Both the position numbers and the translations under genes were made by a program. Of a stretch of DNA of 64,000 nucleotides, positions 62,429 through 64,000 are shown piece after piece; the stretch's first letter is position 1, and every line of letters starts with the position of its first letter. Origin of the DNA: Massalongia carnosa. Taxonomy: Eukaryota. The stretch covers positions 930,001 through 994,000 of the forward strand of contig OZ287084.1 in assembly GCA_965645245.1 (NCBI GenBank), read 5' to 3'. The notes below the pieces were generated by a model that was not told the DNA's origin, did no database searches, and saw only the letters and a program-made list of their open reading frames with translations.

Positions 62429-63982
62429 CTACCTTGCTCGCCCGCCTCCGATGTCCTGGCCCAGCTGTAATACACGCATACTTATTAGCGAAGGGGAGTT
62501 TTCATCGTGGACCGCTTTAATAGTGCCAGGGTATAGTAGGAAGAAAGGGAAAGACAGTGGCGGTTAAGATGGATAAACCGGCTTCCTCTAGTGAGCAAGA
62601 CAAAAGGGGTATAAGCTTATGAGAAAAAGAAAGAACCCCGAAGGAGAATATTAAGAAGAAGCGGCCACGTACCCGATAACCACCAATCTTCTCCCACTCA
62701 ACCTTCTGCCTCGTAATTGGCAAGTGCCTCCTGAGCGCCTTAAACTCTCCCTCGCTAAGGCTCGAGAACCCCCGGTTCAGCTGCTCATGGTATTTGTTCT
62801 CCGTAGCCGCGATGGTTCTTGCAATCGCGGTAGCGGTTGCGGTGTTCGTCATGGATGAAGAACAAGAAGGAGAAATGGTAGTTGAGGGGAGGGATTTGGA
62901 GGTTATAAGGCGGACATTACCGTCTTCGTAGTAGTGAACGTCACAATTTAGGGTTCCAGCGAGGGAAGAAGTCGTAGGGGTGAAGTGATAGGTTGTCCGG
63001 AAACGGCCGTTCCTGTAACATTAGGTTAGAGTTGCTGTGATGGACATTGAGAATTTGTGAGCCGGATAGGGGGAAGGAGGGGGGAACTGATTTCAAGAGA
63101 GAAAGAAGGGAAGGAGAATCACCAGAAATTCGAGGGAGAGTATTTGTTGGCTACGAGGAGAAGAACGATGGTCGAGTCGGAGGATGTGGGAACCACGGCG
63201 ATGGTGGAAGAGGGGTAGTGTTCGCGTGAGTGCGCGGAGAAGGATTTATGGAGATTGGTTCTGTGAGGAAAAAGAAAGGATTTTAGAGAATAATTTGATT
63301 TCTTTCAAGGATTCTTTGCGAGAAAGGGCCAAGAGAAGGATACGGAAGAACTATTTAGACAAGATAGGTGGGAACGTACATGAGGTCGAGATGCTGCGAG
63401 TTCAGGGTGTAAGGCTGCACCGCCGACGCTTTCTGCATTCTATGGTTAACCACTGCTACCGCTTGTCGTTGGGCCGGCCAGGTAGCTCAAATCTTACCTG
63501 GGAGATGTGGTCGAACGCAAAAGAGCTTCTGCTCTCAACATCGTAATACCTACCCTCGCCTAGCGAGTTATACGAACTGACGAGGACCTATACCCCCCAT
63601 TCCTCGTCAGCCCCTGCCAACATGCGATGCTCCCCGACTGCCAAGGCAAACCCATCACTAACGCTTTTGCCACTCCCAGGTAGCTTGACAGTTGTCAACT
63701 GCTCCTCATTGTACCTTTGAAAGGCGGGCCTGGAGGATTCGAGAAGAGTGGGGTCATCAGTGATGAGGGTTTTAACATCTAAAGAGCGCGTTAGTTCCGC
63801 TGGTGATTTTGACTTCAAAGCAGAATCTCAAGATTGGCCTGATATACCTGCTACGACATCGGCGAGCTGGTGGGTTGTAAGATAGGGATCTGCGCTATGA
63901 ATTCTTGGAGGGGAATACCTACCTCGCCAGGTGGTGCGCCTTCCACAAATGCAGAGACGGCTGCGACGTTGGCAGAAGTCAT
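62429..63982 (-). CDS. CAP1: F-actin capping protein alpha subunit, multi-exon
   Basis: FVEGAPPGE, NKYSPSNFW|NGRFR, VHYYEDGNVRL, FKALRRHLPITRQKVEW and last exon LGQDIGGGRAR. Confidence 0.95.
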
Positions 63983-64000
63983 TTCAAGACTGACTGAATG

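Overview
Filamentous-ascomycete (Pezizomycotina-like) nuclear DNA with spliceosomal introns. Conserved housekeeping genes are REV1, a MICOS Mic26/27 subunit, KAR2/BiP, UNG1, a Tls1/C9orf78-like gene, HBS1, a GST-zeta-like gene, VPS27, DOA4 and CAP1. Two large mobile structures interrupt them. (1) A ~9.7-kb DNA transposon (15248-24943) has 46-bp terminal inverted repeats, a disrupted CMC/Plavaka-like DDE transposase and two passenger genes I cannot assign. (2) A 12.3-kb array (34690-46982) of four different, precisely abutting, head-to-tail Helitrons lies between KAR2 and UNG1. All four share a 5' TCTATATAGTACTGAA start and a 3' hairpin + CTYG end, and they shrink from 4.9 to 1.5 kb left to right. 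This suggests polarised growth by repeated insertion at the element's own 5' boundary. Also present: a solo LTR nested in Helitron unit 2, a pseudogenised secreted/GPI-type gene, a predicted Ski7-type cassette exon in HBS1, decayed gene relics and several micro/minisatellites. All family calls come from motif recognition by eye, not database searches.
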